Shown here piece by piece: positions 59,753-64,000 of a DNA stretch of 64,000 bases. The stretch is taken from the NCBI GenBank assembly GCA_963737065.1, contig CAVTRC010000001.1:992001-1056000 (forward strand), read 5' to 3'. Made by a program: the position numbers and the translations under genes. The notes under the pieces were generated by a model that saw only the letters and a program-made list of their open reading frames with translations, was not told the DNA's origin and did no database searches. Origin of the DNA: Candidatus Eremiobacteria bacterium (lineage in GTDB: Bacteria > Vulcanimicrobiota > Vulcanimicrobiia > Vulcanimicrobiales > Vulcanimicrobiaceae). Every line of letters begins with the position of its first letter. The stretch's first letter is position 1.

Positions 59753-59886
59753 CGGCGCTGTTCCGACTGATATCGCGGCACGTTGACGTGAATCGCATAC
59801 CACTGCGAGTAAGCGATTGCCCCGCACATCACGACAAAGAAAATGAGAATTCCGATGCCCCACGCACGACGCGCGCGCGGTGACAC
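59749..59886 (-). CDS. Small single-pass membrane protein (45 aa)
   Basis: Basic N-terminus + GIGILIFFVVMCGAIAY TM; stop overlaps the DUF190 ATG (ATGA). Confidence 0.55.
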   Translation of the reverse strand: MSPRARRAWGIGILIFFVVMCGAIAYSQWYAIHVNVPRYQSEQRR

Positions 59887-59976
59887 ATTTCTTGACACAA
59901 TTTTCGCATTCGGTGGCGTAAATAAAAGGACCGCCCTACTAGGATTCCGCGTAGGCCGATTGAACCATCGCGACCC

Positions 59977-60633
59977 ATGAGCCGACGCCGTGCCTCGCTC
60001 CTCGCGGGACTTTGCTTCGCACTCGCGGTGGTTTTCCCAATCGCTGCGCCGGCCGCGACGCATTCGGTCCCGGCGAACCGTATCACGATCGCCGCGTATG
60101 CCTCCGTGCTGCGCAAATGCAACCCGCAACTTCCGGACTGGCAGAGCAAAGATCTCGCGCGCCATCTGATCGTCTCGTCGCATCGGTGGAAGATCGACAC
60201 GAATATGCTCGCAGCGATCGTTACGGTCGAATCGAGTTGGCATACGCACGCGCTCTCGTACGCAGGCGCAATCGGTCTTGGACAGCTCATGCCGGGTACC
60301 GCGGCGACGCTCGGCGTCAATCCGCGCGATCCGGTTCAAAATCTCTCCGGCGCGGCTCGCTATTTGCGCGGGTTGCTCGATCGCTTTCACGCCGATCCGC
60401 GCCGCTACGAATTGACGTTCGCGGCATACAACGCGGGTCCTAAAGCCGTTGAAGAGTTCGGCGGCATTCCGCCATACGGTCAAACCCAAAATTACGTCGT
60501 CAAAGTGTTGCGCGCGTGGCACCACTTGCAAAGCGCCGTCCATCTTCCGGCGACCGCGTTCGCCATCGCAAAAGCAAACGGCATCGGCGCAACCGGAGCC
60601 GACGTCGACTACTGGCTGGGCGGCACGCGCTAA
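59977..60633 (+). CDS. Lytic transglycosylase (SLT domain)
   Basis: VESSW, GAIGLGQLMPGTA, AAYNAGP, GGIPPY.QTQNYV. Confidence 0.9.
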   Translation: MSRRRASLLAGLCFALAVVFPIAAPAATHSVPANRITIAAYASVLRKCNPQLPDWQSKDLARHLIVSSHRWKIDTNMLAAIVTVESSWHTHALSYAGAIGLGQLMPGTAATLGVNPRDPVQNLSGAARYLRGLLDRFHADPRRYELTFAAYNAGPKAVEEFGGIPPYGQTQNYVVKVLRAWHHLQSAVHLPATAFAIAKANGIGATGADVDYWLGGTR

Positions 60634-60634
60634 G

Positions 60635-61096
60635 TCAATCTGAGGCGAAAAGAATCGACGCGATTGCATCCGAGAGCGAATGGTTCGCGTCAACGAGGAT
60701 GCCGAGCGCGTTCGCATTCCGCGCGACCTCCACGTCGCTCGTTTTGTCGCCGATGACAACGATTTCGCCGGCATCGATTTCCCATAGCCTCGCTGCGTCG
60801 TAAACGAGTTTGGGTTTTGGCTTCCGGCATTCGCAATCGTCGCCGGGTGCATGCGGACAGATGAACCAGCCGTCGAATGGACCGAGCAGTTCGTCGATAC
60901 GCGCGTTCACGGCGCGCATTTGCTCGCCGGTGATCGTGCCGCGTCCGACGCCGCTTTGATTCGTCAACACGCCGACTTTGAGTCCGGCACCGCGCAACTG
61001 GTCAAGCAGTTCCTTCGCATGCGGAACCGGCCGGACGAGTTGCGGATCTCCGTTGTACGGTACGTCGACGACGATCGTCCCGTCGCGATCGAACAA
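60635..61096 (-). CDS. HAD-IIIA phosphatase (GmhB-like)
   Basis: FDRDGT, TNQSG, CPH...CECRKPKP, IGDKTSD; start codon unclear. Confidence 0.82.
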   Translation of the reverse strand: MFDRDGTIVVDVPYNGDPQLVRPVPHAKELLDQLRGAGLKVGVLTNQSGVGRGTITGEQMRAVNARIDELLGPFDGWFICPHAPGDDCECRKPKPKLVYDAARLWEIDAGEIVVIGDKTSDVEVARNANALGILVDANHSLSDAIASILFASD

Positions 61097-61109
61097 GACA
61101 CCGCGGACG

Positions 61110-62788
<1,679 letters not shown>

Positions 62789-62885
62789 GCGTACGACGTG
62801 TACTGCCGATATTCTTTTGCAGGGGCAAGTACCAGGCAGCCGAACGTATATACGCACTTTTACACTATCGAGGAGCGCACGCGTT

Positions 62886-63182
62886 ATGAAGGCCCTCTCA
62901 TCTGTCATGCTCGCAATCACCATCGCGGCGCTGCCCGTCGTCGCTTCCACCGCCCCCGCGCCGACGATGTTGAAAGCCTTGGTGCCTGCGCCGTTGCCGC
63001 AACTTGGTACGCCCGCGCCAAGCCCGACCTCGGTTCCGGTTCCGGAGAGCGCACATCCGGCAAACACCGCGCCCCAGGCTAGCCGCGCGAGCGTTCCATC
63101 GCCGTTCGCGGTGCCGGAGTCGATGCACCCGGGCCACCGTCTTCCGAACCCGCTGACGAGGCCAACGCCTGCGGTGAACTAA
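62886..63182 (+). CDS. Secreted Pro-rich small protein
   Basis: SD GAGGAG, signal peptide, internal repeat VPES(A/M)HP. Confidence 0.55.
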   Translation: MKALSSVMLAITIAALPVVASTAPAPTMLKALVPAPLPQLGTPAPSPTSVPVPESAHPANTAPQASRASVPSPFAVPESMHPGHRLPNPLTRPTPAVN

Positions 63183-63195
63183 ACATCGGAAGCGC

Positions 63196-64000
63196 GTGCT
63201 TCCGTACCTGATCCTCGGCGGCGCACAACTCGCAGTTGGCGCCGCTGCCATTTTTGCGCGTTACGCGTTAGCCGGAGCCGGACCGCTGGCGGTTTCCGCC
63301 GCCCGGCTGATCATCGCCGCCGGCGTACTCGGCGCGCTGGCGATTACACGACGTGAAACGCTCGGCGCACCGGCGCGCGGAAGGCAACGCGCGGTCCTTG
63401 CCATCGCGGGTGCCGCCCTCGCGGTGCACTTCGGCTCCTGGATCGCTTCGCTCGACTACACCTCGGTGGCGGTATCGACGCTGCTCGTATCCACGACGCC
63501 GATCTGGACCGCAGCATACGACGCGGTCATTCACGGCCGGATGCTCTCGCGCGGGTCGACCGCGGCGTTCGTGGCCGGGGCAGCCGGCCTCGTGATGGTC
63601 GTCGGCTTCGACCGAACGCCGGCGCCGCATCCCGGCGGCGAGTGGCTCGGCGCCGGCCTCGCCATCGGCGGCGCGATGGCATTGGCGGCGTACTTCTTGC
63701 TCGTGCGCACGGTCCGCGATGCGCTCAGCACGCGGCGCATCGTGACCCACACGTACGGGTGGGCGGCGGTCGCTCTGCTGCTCGCAGCGGTAGTTTCGCG
63801 CCAGCCGCCTCCGGCGCCGTCCGCGACCGCGGCATGGGGCGGGCATCGTCGCAATGGCGCTCATCTCGCAACTGATGGGTCACACGGCGATGAACGCGTC
63901 GCTGCGCTTCTTCTCGCCGAGTGCCGTCTCGTTCGCCAATCTGCTGGAGCCTGTGTTTGCCGCCGCACTGGCGCTTGCGATCTTCCATGAACCCGTACCG
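63196..64000 (+). pseudogene. DMT/EamA transporter with +1 frameshift near 63840 (partial, runs off the window)
   Basis: EamA motifs up to AAWG; the continuation GIVAMALISQLMGHTAMN...LLEPVFAA is in the next frame. Confidence 0.7.

Noticed and set aside
59890..59975. Possible fluoride riboswitch upstream of the crcB operon (GCGAUGG)
   Set aside because: No matching pairing strand or downstream (U/C)RAUGAC...CUAC pseudoknot sequence.

Overview
GC-rich bacterial chromosomal segment. The gene complement suggests a soil organism such as Candidatus Eremiobacterota, but this is inference and not verified. Most of the window is housekeeping: dprA-rlmH-argS-ppk2, a pyrK-D-F-E operon, a SigW-like ECF/anti-sigma locus with a two-component system, DUF1800/DUF1501, a leucine-degradation (liu) operon, purEK, a Zur-znuACB operon, two tandem VPS10/BNR-repeat secreted proteins, crcB and thiC. 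Three items stand out. (1) A minimal RiPP-like locus (26226-28557) sits between liuB and liuC. It encodes a long precursor with a Cys-free Thr/Ser/Lys tail, an APH-family kinase and a HopA1-family lyase, has no cyclase, protease or transporter, and is divergent from a PDZ-membrane-GAF protein with no output domain. (2) An integrase-less islet of about 2 kb at tRNA-Ala(CGC) carries a coupled three-gene toxin / extended antitoxin (C-terminus LAA) / unknown helical protein module. (3) The TPP-like riboswitch before thiC has its pyrophosphate-sensing internal loop replaced by a perfect stem. Also found: several small ORFs missed by the ORF track, a metallothionein, back-to-back SigW-type promoters and a perfect Fur/Zur palindrome. 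All calls come from motif recognition by eye; no searches were run.
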